Source: Octopus sinensis (lineage: Eukaryota). From it: a stretch of 64,000 bases of DNA. The position numbers and the translations under genes were made by a program. This document shows positions 25,554 through 37,017 of the stretch, piece by piece (position 1 is the first letter of the stretch; each line of letters starts with the position of its first letter). A model generated the notes under the pieces. The model searched no databases, had not been told where the DNA came from, and saw nothing but the letters and a program-made list of their open reading frames with translations. The stretch covers positions 26,040,001-26,104,000 of the forward strand of contig NC_043014.1 in NCBI RefSeq assembly GCF_006345805.1, written 5' to 3'.

Positions 25554-25906
25554 CATACATACATACATACATACATACATACATACATACATACATACAT
25601 ACATGCATACACACATACATACATACATATATACGTACGTACACATACATACACGCACACACACAGACATATATATTTATATGCATGTATTTAATTATAT
25701 ATATATATATTATATATATATATATATAATATATATACATATATAAATGTATGTGTACTTCTTCAATGTGTACAATTAACACAGAAGTATAAATAAATAG
25801 TTACCAGGGTAGCAAAAAATTTGACATAAGTACCAAGGATGTCACAGCCAACTTATAAAGATAGAAATTCCAGGGTTTAGTGAAATGTTTTTGTAAACAG
25901 ATAAAT

Positions 25907-26247
25907 AAAGAAATGGAGTTAAACGCAGGTGTTATTCAAATCATTATACCTCCGACATATGTTTCGAAGAAAACATTGGTATTATTGCATAGGGAATAAA
26001 ATGATGAAAAACAATGCAATCTTCTCAAGGAAAAAAGACACAGCGCACATCAATAAGCCATTTTAACTGAATGTGATGACTGCGTATATGATGAAGGGAA
26101 CGTTGGCAATTTATTTTTGTTCCTAATGAGAAGATTGCATTGTTTTACATCATTCTGTTCCCTCTGGGATAATACCAATGTTTTCTTCGAAACATATGTC
26201 GGAAGTATAAAGATTTGAATTACACCTGCGTTTAACTTCATTTCTTT
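25907..26247. repeat. Diverged palindrome (arms 25907-26032 and 26120-26247) with degenerate hammerhead motifs
   Basis: Arms are reverse complements with scattered mismatches. The right arm reads TTC CTAATGA GAAGA...TCTTC GAAA CATAT GTC GGA. Confidence 0.85.
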
Positions 26248-26257
26248 ACACACGCAC

Positions 26258-26300
<43 letters not shown>

Positions 26301-26315
26301 CACTCACACACACAG

Positions 26316-26351
<36 letters not shown>

Positions 26352-26379
26352 TCATATATATATTTATGTCTTACAAAGA

Positions 26380-26512
26380 TAAAAGAAGTACTAAAAAACC
26401 TAGACCGATGCCCTAATGTACTTCTGATGGGTGACTTCAGCTTACCCAACATTAAATGACCCGAGGGTGTCATAACCACAGGACTGACACGAAAAGAATG
26501 CAATCGAATTAT
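26380..26512 (+). mobile_element. CR1-like LINE APE fragment
   Basis: NVLLMGDFSLPNIK.PEGVITTGLTRKECN; homologous to about 28750-28803 on the minus strand. Confidence 0.7.
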
Positions 26513-26549
26513 ATAACTTTAGGAACTTTCAGAAATAAAGAAAGACAGA

Positions 26550-26872
26550 AAGAGAGATAATGCAGGTGCCTTACACATTCCTACACACGAACTTACTAAA
26601 GATAGACACACCCAGGGACATACGCATGCACAAATTATGACACATACAACAGGAATACAAAATAGCCGATCGTTAGGAAGGAGAGACACTAAAAAGAAAG
26701 AAGAAAGCAAAGGACCACTGATGAGGTCACAGAAGTGTGTTGAAAGAACTCTGGCCTTAATAGAATAAATATAAAATAAAGCTGAAGCAAGTGAACACCA
26801 AATATATAGTGCGTGCGTTTTCATTTGCTAAATTGGCAACATAACCATTCCCAAATACGACAATACCTGTTT
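26550..26872 (+). mobile_element. Solo PLE pseudo-LTR of the 12.2-14.3 kb family, with hammerhead motif at 26712-26756
   Basis: Homologous to about 14020-14320. Reads GGACCA CTGATGA GGTCACAGAAGTGTGTT GAAA GAAC TC TGGCC. Confidence 0.8.
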
Positions 26873-26953
26873 CAACATACTAATTTACATCCAGAATCTA
26901 GAAAAACGAATGCATGAACGTATATGTGTATATATATATGTATATGCATGTAC

Positions 26954-26999
<46 letters not shown>

Positions 27000-27000
<1 letters not shown>

Positions 27001-27538
27001 TGAGAGAGTTGGTGTGTGAAAGCAAGTAGTTGGATGTATAAAAAATAAAAAAGAGTGAAAAATCTACAAAAGGCTTGTGTTATAAGGTTAAAGAAAATAT
27101 TTAAGTCGTTATGTTAGAAAAATGTTATAGAATTTATAAAATTTTGTGTATAGTAACGGTTTCGTATATTCTTTTCAAATTTCTCAAATTTCTTTACCTA
27201 CATCGTGTCATGTCTTCGCATGAAGTGAAGAGTTCCAGGCAGGGGAAGGTAATTAGGGATTTCTTCCGGTATAAGGGAGATAATCACTTTATACTTTTTT
27301 TTTCAATGAAATGAGTTTCCTTGTATAAAAATGTTAGAATGGTTAAGTTTTGGTTTATATTTTTCAATGAAGAATGTTTCCTTGTTTAATCTAATTTGTG
27401 TTGGTGTTCCAATAGCACATTGATAGAATGTAAAGATTAAATATTATGGTAGTAGTTGCTTTGCGCATTTCTCAATATGTTCACTAAAGGGTATCATTCT
27501 GTATTCTGGGAATGCAATCTGTTGTCGATGCAGAGTAC
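27000..27538 (-). mobile_element. PLE GIY-YIG C-terminal fragment with 3'UTR, ending at (TA)n
   Basis: TLHRQQIAFPEYRMIPFSEHIEKCA...KETFFIEKYKPKLN. Confidence 0.62.
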
Positions 27539-28803
27539 CCAGTCGAAGATATGTTGTAGCTATGTTAGGTTGCTCCTTCCAGGACGGAAACCATGTTGTG
27601 TATCTGTATGCAAGTTATTCTCCTCTAGGAACGTGGTCAGCCTTTTTGTGACAATGCGTTCCATGATCTTGCTGATATGTGAGGTCAGAAAGATAGGCCT
27701 GTAGTTTATAGTATCCGCTCTGCTTCCTCCTTCGTGGACAAGGCAGATTATTCCTTCTTTTAACGTTTGAGGAAATGTACTGCATTCAAGGGAACTCTGG
27801 AAAGCAAGAGCTTTCTGACATGTTTTTAACAGAATTGCTGGGAGTCAGGCTGGGCCTGTTGCAGAGTTTAAGTTTATCTCGTCAATAGCTGACAATACAT
27901 CCTCTTCTGTAATGTCAATGTAATTGATGGTTGCCTTTTTCTCTGGTAAGTTAGAGGTGTTGAAGAACTCATCAGGCCTGCTTATTTTCATGTTTTCTAG
28001 TGGGGACGTGAAAGCACTTAGGAATTGTTTATTGTGCGCTTCCCTTATTCGCTTGGGGTCTGCAGTCAGTGAGCCCGTTTCATCAAACAGAGGTTCTCTC
28101 CTTTATTGCACTAAGACAGACTTTTTTGCGATCTTGTAGAAGGCTTTAGGGTTCCTTCTTTATATTTCCCACGGCCATGGCTTCTTTGTTTACACTTTCT
28201 TTTTCATGGAAGAGTCTGATTTTATTCTTATTTTCTAAGAGCGCCATTTTTAGATAGGGCTTTTTGCTGTCATTAAGCTCCTTGTTTAAGCGATTTGATA
28301 TCTTTATCCTCCGTCTCATTAGGATTCTTCTATCTCGGCGAAAAGCGTTGTTGTGTATGGTGGCTTTCTTCTCTAGGACAAAGTTAATGCATATTATTGA
28401 CATGAATTCATTGAATTTCATGTCAGTGTTCTGCATGGGCAGACATTTACGCCAGTTTGTTGGAGTACCTCTTTGTTGATCGACTTCCAGTCAGCCTTGT
28501 AGAAGTTCAGGTTGGCTAGCGCTTGGGTTCCAGCAGTGTTGTATGATTCTTTAATTAGCTTTGGACCATATATTGACAGTTCTATCATGTAATGGTCTAG
28601 ATGGGTTGACGGTGATATGTTTATATTGTGGATAAGGTCCATATTGTTTGTGAAGCAGAGATCCAGGGTGTTGCTATTTCTGGTTGAGGAAAGTATGGTC
28701 TGTTCCATGAACATCATTTCCGTGAGATCTACTAGAGATTCTGCCTGATTGCATTCTTTTCGGGTCAGTCCTGAGGTTATGCCACCATCGGTCCATTTAA
28801 TGT
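27535..28803 (-). mobile_element. CR1/L2-type LINE fragment (APE C-terminus to RT N-terminus)
   Basis: NTLDLCFTNN...DHYMIEL, NFYKADW, NSATGP, NYRPIFLTSHISKIMERIV, and QHGFRPGRS. Confidence 0.9.
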
Positions 28804-29279
28804 GTAAGGCACCTGCATTATCAGTATTCCCAGTTTATTCACGTTCGTTTATTTTTATTTTATTTACATTATTTATTTGCTTTTATCTACTTACTTTTTC
28901 ATTTCTTCTTTTTTGGTATTAATTTCTCTCCTTCAACATTCTCTTTGTTTGTTTGTTTGTTTCTTTCTTTCTGAAAGTTCCTTAAGTTATATATTTCGAT
29001 TTTCGAACTTACTTAAAGTACACTATTTAGAGTCGTCTTAGCACTTAACGATACCATTTTCTCTCTTTCTTCAATCTTGTTATATCCTCCATTTATTTAC
29101 TTCCAACAGAAGTAATATATTTCGATTTTCTACGTATATGTGTGTATACACTATCTAGGCTCTTTCTTTCACTTTCTCTCCTTAAACTTTCTCTTTCTAA
29201 ATCCATTTTCAGTGCATAACATCACTTCTTTCTCTCTCTCCCCCTCTCTCTGAACGTCCATAAAGTTGCACACTATTTA

Positions 29280-29319
<40 letters not shown>

Positions 29320-29726
29320 ACGCTCCTAAAGTTATATATTTCGATATTTTTGAACCTGCGTAAAGTACACTAGAATCATCTTAGCACTTTAAGGTACCTT
29401 TCTCTCTCTTTCAAAATAAGCAACAAGGATATCCAGAGGTAATGAAACTCCATTTAATTGAACAATTCAATCATTACATCAATTTAAAATGCAGAGCAAT
29501 CCTCAGCTGCACAATACAGAATTTAATTAAATTAGAACGGATGGCCACATTAGTATAATTATACCTAAAATCTCCAAGAAGTTAAGGAGTTAGACTAAGA
29601 ACATGCTGTCTCCACTCCAGCATAGAAGTTACTAAGTTATCAAGATGGTATATACTGTTACAGAATGTGTCTGTCATTGATGTTTTTGTTTTTGGGGGTC
29701 AGTTTTAATTTATAGACTAGTTTATC

Positions 29727-30177
29727 AAATTTGCCCGACTAAGTCTGACATTGGGCGGCTTAGCAAGTCTATTCTTGACAATATTCTACCCTTATAATTC
29801 CCAACCTAACTCTAAAATTATGGATTGATGCAGGTGAGGTAATTCTCAATAAGTCTCTTATTTTTGCTAAAAACTTCTCTCTTATAACTAGGAATAAAAT
29901 TGATATTATTCTGTTAGCTAGAAAAACTATTATAGAATTTGAGGGTAAACTTTGGACTAGGGCTGATACCCCAGAAAACTTTGATATAGCTAACGGGCTC
30001 GAGCGACTCGACCGAAATCACAAATCCAGTACCTTTTAAGGTGCCTAAATAGGGAAATCCCTGAATTACAGGGAGGTCTATATAGAGATGATGCTCTATT
30101 CATCATCCCTAGCAACAATAAATCAATCATAAAAAGAATGAGAAAGAGAATTATAAAAAGTTTCAAAAACTTTAACT
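29727..30177 (+). mobile_element. PLE RT fragment with internal deletion, related to the 49.9-kb element
   Basis: ICPTKSDIGRLSKSILD and GGLYRDDAL. Nearly identical to about 41950-42403 on the minus strand. Confidence 0.85.
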
Positions 30178-30179
30178 AC

Positions 30180-30455
30180 TGAGAGAAAGTGAAAGGAAGG
30201 GAGAAAAGAGAGAGAAGTGGAGGAAGATAGGCAGATAAGAGAATGGGAGAAGACTTGTCAAAGTGTGCGTTTTTTGCCCTCGTAACCACACCTTTTAAGA
30301 TAGGAATTTCTAAGCTGGCCCACTGACATTCTCACCTCATTTTCATGTACCTGTAAATTTTGGAGTCAATCCGACGGGATCTAGTGCCCTTTAACCCGTT
30401 CCAATGCCAAAACCAGACAAACACACTTTTCGTATTTCAGATTTATAGATATTGA
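30180..30455 (-). mobile_element. 5' portion of the Helitron-like family that starts at 1805
   Basis: Reverse complement of about 1805-2090, with the same A|TC start. Confidence 0.6.
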
Positions 30456-31212
30456 TTTTCAAAGTGTCATACAGTCACTGATCTAATAGATAGGAATATC
30501 ATTATTTCTAACTCTCCCAACGGGAGACATTCAGTAATAGTACTTTAAAACTATTTGTCAACATAATAGGGCAGTCACGTTTGGGACGAATGCATCTATT
30601 GTTTAGCGTCAGAAAATACCGTCTCTAGCAGGTTATACGACACAATATCTGTGTCCTTTTATTTTCAAAAAGGGGAGTTCAGCATCCCTACTCGGCACAA
30701 AGCAATATCTGCGAACCACCGCGGTTTCTGGGTTATTTCTCTTCTTCCTCACAGAATATTTACTCGGCTAAGGTGGGGCTGCTAAACTCACGCTCGAAAA
30801 TATATATAATTTTCAAAGTGACACACTGTCACTGATATAATAACCTCGTTGAGAGACTTAGAAATAATAATATTTATATTTATTAGATCAGTAACGGTGT
30901 GTTACTTTGGAAAGTATATATATTTTCAAACGGGAGTTTAGCAGTGCCACCTTAGCCGAGCAGTTATTCTGTGCCGAAGAAGAGAAAAAACCCAGAAACC
31001 GAGGCGGTCCGCAGATAATGCCCTGTACTGCGTCGGGATGCTGAACTCTCCTGTTCGAAAATATAAGGGTAGAGAGACGGTGTTTCCTGGGGCTAAGCAA
31101 CAGTAACATTCGTTTAACCGGGAATGCACCTTATGCAACTAGTCTATACTGAAAGTACTGTAACTGAATGTCTCTCGTTCAAAGATTTAGAAATAATATT
31201 TCTATCTATTTA
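30456..31212. repeat. Head-to-head copies of a ~355-bp repeat unit
   Basis: The unit start TTTTCAAAGTG..AC..TCACTGAT recurs at about 30456 and 30810. About 30484-30810 is the diverged reverse complement of about 30908-31212. Confidence 0.75.
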
Positions 31213-31221
31213 TATATACTT

Positions 31222-31442
31222 TTATTCTTTTACTTGTTTCAGCCATTTCACTGCGGCCATGCTGGAGCACAGCCTTTGATCGAATAAATTGACTTATTCT
31301 TTGTAAGCTTAGAACTTATTCTATCCATCTCTTTTGTTGAACCGCTAAGTTACGGGGATGCAAACACATCAACATCAGTTGTCAAGCGATGGTGGGCGAA
31401 CAAAATATATACGACAGACTTCTTTCAGTTTCCGTCTACCAG
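31222..31442 (-). mobile_element. SINE, family A
   Basis: Homologous to 18860-19075 and 23790-23910. Confidence 0.75.
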
Positions 31443-31919
31443 TGTGACCTCCGCAGATGGCAGCTCTGGTGCTGGAAAGATTTAGAAATAATATTTCTAT
31501 CTATTTATATATACTTGATCTTACTGTGATCTTATAATTGACTCGTGAAAAAATGAGAATTATAGAATTTTTTTTGGAGCCTCGGATTGCGGTTGCAGGA
31601 ATGCATGCAGGTTGCAAGAAAATTACTCGGGGAAGGATTGTGGAGGTTTATCGCCTCCAATTTCTGCATAAACTTTGTTTTATATTTATATGGACCTTTT
31701 AGTCCAAATATATTGTACTTTAAATTGTAAGAGGGTTAATGCCTCTGTGTACGTGTTTTTAAAGAACAATGTTATAGAGAAGCAGAAGGTCGGCGGGCGC
31801 TTTCCGTCTTCTCCCGTCTTTATCATTTTTGTATCATAATCATTCGCCTCGCCTCATCAATGTCTGTGTCCAGCCCGCAAAGCCACCTTATCTATGTGCT
31901 GCTTACATGGCAAATTTAA

Positions 31920-32185
31920 TGAATAAAAGTAGCTTGCTTAACAACCTCATGGTTCCGGGTTCACTCCCACTGCGTGGCACCTTGGGCAAGTGTCTTCTAC
32001 TATGGCCCCGGGTCGGTCAAAGCCTTGTGAGTAGGTTTGGTCGGCGGATACTGAAAGAAGCCCGTCGTATATATATATACGTGTGTGCGCGTGTGTGTTT
32101 GTCCCCTAACTTAGCGGCTCGGCAACAGAGACCGATAGAATAAGTACTAAGCTTACAAAGAACAGGTCCTGGGTTCGATTTGTAA
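31920..32185 (+). mobile_element. SINE, family A
   Basis: B-box-like GGTTCCGGGTTCACTCCC, then CACCTTGGGCAAGTGTCTTCTACTA. Confidence 0.8.
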
Positions 32186-32826
32186 ACAAGTAAAAGAATA
32201 AAAGAATATATTATTTAGTTAAAGGTCACATTACATGTATTAAAGCGCTACTAATAGTTTCCTATGTTGACAGAACCACATATCATAACAAATTAAAGAA
32301 ATAGAATAATAGAAGAAACATGAGAAAACTGACAAGGCAGCATACAGAAAATGCTGACAGTAAACAACGGAAAACGAAAAATGAAAAACAGAAAGCGGAA
32401 AACGAAAAGCAGAAACTAAAATGTCAAAAATAAAAGGTAAAAAGGTAAAAGTGCTATCCTCCTTAGACCTTCAATGATAAGGCTGGAAAGATATCAAGTC
32501 AGGAATAGGCGGAATTTTCCAATTCTCAAAATGTATTTATACATATGAATGCAATCACTGAAAATTTCTGACGTGGAGTTCAATAGAAAGTTAGGGATCA
32601 TAGATCTGAACTGGATTTGCGCTTTTTTAGCCAAAGTCTACATTTATTCGATTCATTCACATAAGCCAATATAGGTCTTCTTATCAGTTGTATTATTATT
32701 TAGGGTTGCAGTAACTTCTGCCTCATATATAATAGTTTTAGTCGTACATCGGTGGGCAAGTGAGCAGGATGCTTGGTCGTGACAGTTGCAGCCGGATTCA
32801 GGTTCTTAGTATTAACCGCGAGTGTA

Positions 32827-33307
<481 letters not shown>

Positions 33308-33309
33308 TT

Positions 33310-33406
<97 letters not shown>

Positions 33407-33553
33407 GTGAAATAGAAAGATGAATAATCTTGTAGTAGATTAATCAAAAGTTTAACCGATACCTTAGTAGCAAAAATCACAGCAGTAAACAGCACGGTTG
33501 GAGGTACAACCATATGGTGTTGCAACCGTGCGTTGGTGCGGATAATTGAAATT

Positions 33554-33969
33554 AAAACATTATTGGTGAATTGAAGAAATGGAGCTGAACGCAGATTGAA
33601 CAGAAATCGTTTTATTTCATTCTACACGTGTTTCGAAAGGCACAAATTACCAAAATCCGATTGAATAATGGGACCATATTGTGTCTTTCTCTTCAGGAAG
33701 AAAATAGGAAATCCGTTGGAAAAACAAAAACAAAAACAAAAACAGAACAGAGGCGGAGCAAAAACAAATCAAACTATGCTCCTAAGAGCCCATGGCGAAA
33801 CTTTTGTTTTTCCAACGGATTTCCTATTTTCTTCCTGAAGAGAAAGACACAATATGGTCCCATTATTCAATCGGATTTTGGTAATTTGTGCCTTTCGAAA
33901 CACGTGTAGAATGAAATAAAACGATTTCTGTTCAATCTGCGTTCAGCTCCATTTCTTCAATTCACCAAT

Positions 33970-33977
<8 letters not shown>
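33554..33977. repeat. Palindrome C: 176-bp arms (33554-33729 and 33802-33977), 72-bp spacer
   Basis: Arms are identical by eye; the right end abuts (TA)n. Confidence 0.95.
33825..33918 (+). ncRNA. Type-I hammerhead ribozyme motif (mirror copy at 33613-33706 on the minus strand)
   Basis: TATTTTCTTC CTGAAGA GAAAGACACAA...TTGTGCCTTTC GAAA CACGT GTA GAATGAAATA. Stem I pairs 9 of 10, stem II 10 of 11, stem III is the palindrome ACACGTGT, and the triplet is GUA. Confidence 0.82.
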
Positions 33978-34021
<44 letters not shown>

Positions 34022-34559
34022 AAAACTTACACTCGCGGTTAATACTAAGAACCTGAATCCGGCTGCAACTGTCACGACCAAGCATCCTGCTCACTTGCCC
34101 ACCGATGTACGACTAAAACTATTATATATGAGGCAGAAGTTACTGCAACCCTAAATAATAATGTATGTATGAATGTATGTATATGTATTATGTGTGTGTA
34201 GGTATGTATGTGTGTGTGTGAATGTATGCGTGTGTGTGTGGGGGGGGTGGATTTGTGTGGGCGTAATGTACATGCGCGTGCTTGTGTGCGTGTGTGCACT
34301 TACGTGCTTGTATATGTGTGTGTGTCTCTGCTAGTGTTTATAAGAGTGTGCATATCTGTAGGAGTATTGTTTGCTGGTGTGTGTGCACGGGCATGTGTGT
34401 GTGTGCGCGTGGAGGTGTGTGGGTGTGTGGGTGTGTGTATAGGTGTGGAAGTATGTGTGCGTACATGTGCATGTAGGTTGTATGTATGTGGTGTGTTGGA
34501 AGTAGGTGTGTTCGTGGATACGTGAGTATGTGTGTGTGTGTGTAACTGTATAAGGACAA

Positions 34560-35505
34560 ATATTAAAAAAATAAAAAATAAAAAAAGGAATAAAAGTTGC
34601 ATGTGGGGAGCGGTGGAGCGCAGTCACTAAGAGGAGGGTGCTGTGTTGAGTCCGTGTGGGGTATTGGTCTGTAGAGTGAATATGAAACGTTGCTCCAAGT
34701 GAAGCCTGGATTGTGGAGGACCGTTGTGTGGGGCGAGACCAAACACAGAGATGTCATCGGGGGAATGGCTCGCCGAGCGGAAGTGACGTGCGACGGGAGA
34801 ATTGGACCATAGACGAATATCCCTCAGATGTTCGGCGAATCAGTCTGTCTTATATACATAATTCAGCAGAGGTTGCATTTAATGTAGTATATGAGACCAG
34901 ACGAAGTACACGTAAAAGAATGTCTGATACGTACATTTTGCTGGTTGGAACCGGTGATAGCAGTGGTGTTGGTGATGAAGGGGCAGGTGTTGCAGCAGGA
35001 TCTGGAGCACGGGAAGGATCCGTGTGGGGCTGAGGGGGGAGAAGGGAGGCTGCTACGGACCAGGAGGTCGCGTAGATTCCGGGCTCGTTTGAAGGAGGAG
35101 AGGGGTGGGTTGGGGAAAATGGGGCGGGTCGTGGGATCGAGCTGGAGACGACGGAAGGCACGTAGTATATTCCGACGAAGGGGTAGAGTAGAGGGGTGGA
35201 AAAGGAGGGGAAAGGGGGTGCGGTTGGGGGGTGGGTGAGTGGAAAGAGAAAGGTCGATGCGACGAGCGCGGGCGAGGGCGTTCAAGACCAGAGTAGGTGG
35301 GTATCCTCGATGCCTGAACAGGCGGGCCAGGTATTGAGACTGGGTCTCGAAATCCTGGTCGCGGCTGCACAAGCGTCGGAGGCGGAGGAACTGGGAGTAT
35401 GGGATGGCCCATTTGGTGTGGAAGGGATGGGAGGAGGAGAAGTTGAGATAGAGGTGGGAATCCGTGGGTCTGAAGAAGACGGAGGTGGTGAGAGATGCTG
35501 AGATA
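34560..35505 (-). mobile_element. Neptune-like PLE 3' fragment (RT thumb and GIY-YIG)
   Basis: RPTDSHLYLNFSSSHP...AIPYSQFLRLRRLCS, FKRARNLRDLLVRS, CNTC, and LIYYIKCNLC. 5'-truncated at (TA)n. Confidence 0.9.
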
Positions 35506-35509
35506 TACA

Positions 35510-35555
<46 letters not shown>

Positions 35556-35565
35556 TATATATATA

Positions 35566-35616
<51 letters not shown>

Positions 35617-35889
35617 TATTCATATATATAATTATATATGTACATATATATAATACATATATATATATATTACATATATATATATATGAATATATATGTA
35701 TATATGCATATATAAATATATCTATATTTATATATATATATATACACACATATATATATGTAAACATATATATATACATGTTTATCAATATATATATAAT
35801 ATATATATTCATATATTATATATATTGATAACAATTGTAAGACAACAAAAGAAAGTGACCTCGATATTATGTAAATAGAGGAATTTATA

Positions 35890-36106
35890 TGTAAATGTAA
35901 TATGTGACATGTATTCGGTAGCCATGATAAAACTCCGAGTTTCGGATACCGAGGTAGAAATCCACGCCGCCATCTCTTCAGTTATCTGTCCATCGGAAAA
36001 AAACCCCAAATAACTGAAGAGATTTCCACCTTGGATTTCCACCTCGGCATCCGAAACTCGGAGTTTTATCATGGCTACTGAATAATTGTCATATATTACA
36101 TTTACA
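35890..36106. repeat. Palindrome D1 (arms 35890-35985 and 36010-36106) with hammerhead motifs
   Basis: ATAA CTGAAGA GAT...CATCC GAAA CTCGGA GTT TTAT occurs on both strands. Confidence 0.9.
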
Positions 36107-36107
36107 G

Positions 36108-36177
<70 letters not shown>

Positions 36178-36272
36178 GCATACACACACACACATATATA
36201 TATATAAGAATTTTTTGCGTAATGCGATAATAACCAAGGGTGAGTAGATATTAGAACATTTATAGATAGAAG

Positions 36273-36324
36273 GTCTTATAGCTGTTTCCAGGATATTCAT
36301 TAATTATATCCCTTCATCGGAGAC
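36273..36324 (-). ncRNA. Degenerate hammerhead-like motif
   Basis: Reverse strand reads GTCT CCGATGA AGGGATAT...ATATCCTG GAAA CAGCT ATA AGAC. Stems I and II are retained; the core has U4 changed to C. Confidence 0.45.
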
Positions 36325-36356
36325 AGCGTGAGAGAATGGTTAAGTAATAGTTAATT

Positions 36357-36406
<50 letters not shown>

Positions 36407-36512
36407 GTGTGTGTGTGTGTGTGTGTGTGTGTTTGTGTGCACATGTCTTTACAAGTTTAAATATCTAAGTTAATCTTCTAATATAATAATGTGCGTAATA
36501 TTTTTATATGTT

Positions 36513-36549
<37 letters not shown>

Positions 36550-37017
36550 CCTTGTCCAAAATCACGCAGTGGGAGAAGTAGCAGAAAGAGTAGTATAAGT
36601 GAAGGAAGAGGAGAGAAAATAGTAATTCAGTGAATGAGAAGGAGTGAGAGTAATAGCCATGGCTGAGAGAAAGCAATAACAATGAGAGAGAGGAAGTGGC
36701 AAAGGGAGCAGAGGCTTCCCTTTGAAATAAAGTTAGTGGACACCCAAACGAATCATTTCGCAGGTGAAATGTTTCGTTTACATTTTATAACGATCATTTT
36801 CTCTAACATTTCGGTTTCAGTGTGCGTATGTATATTTACAGTATATGGTGTTTGTTATCAGTTCACTAATATTTTTAGTTATTAGTAATCCTATAAATTA
36901 TTTACAGTATATAGACTTTGTTATCAGTTCACTGATACTTTTAGTCATCCATATTCTCATAACTTATTTACGGTATATAGTGTTTGTTATCCATTCACTG
37001 ATACTTTTTCTTCTGCT

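Noticed and set aside
28980-29410. Diverged short units (AAGTTATATATTTCGAT...GTACACTA) repeated three to four times
   Set aside because: Too degraded to define a period or family; recorded as an unclassified old repeat.
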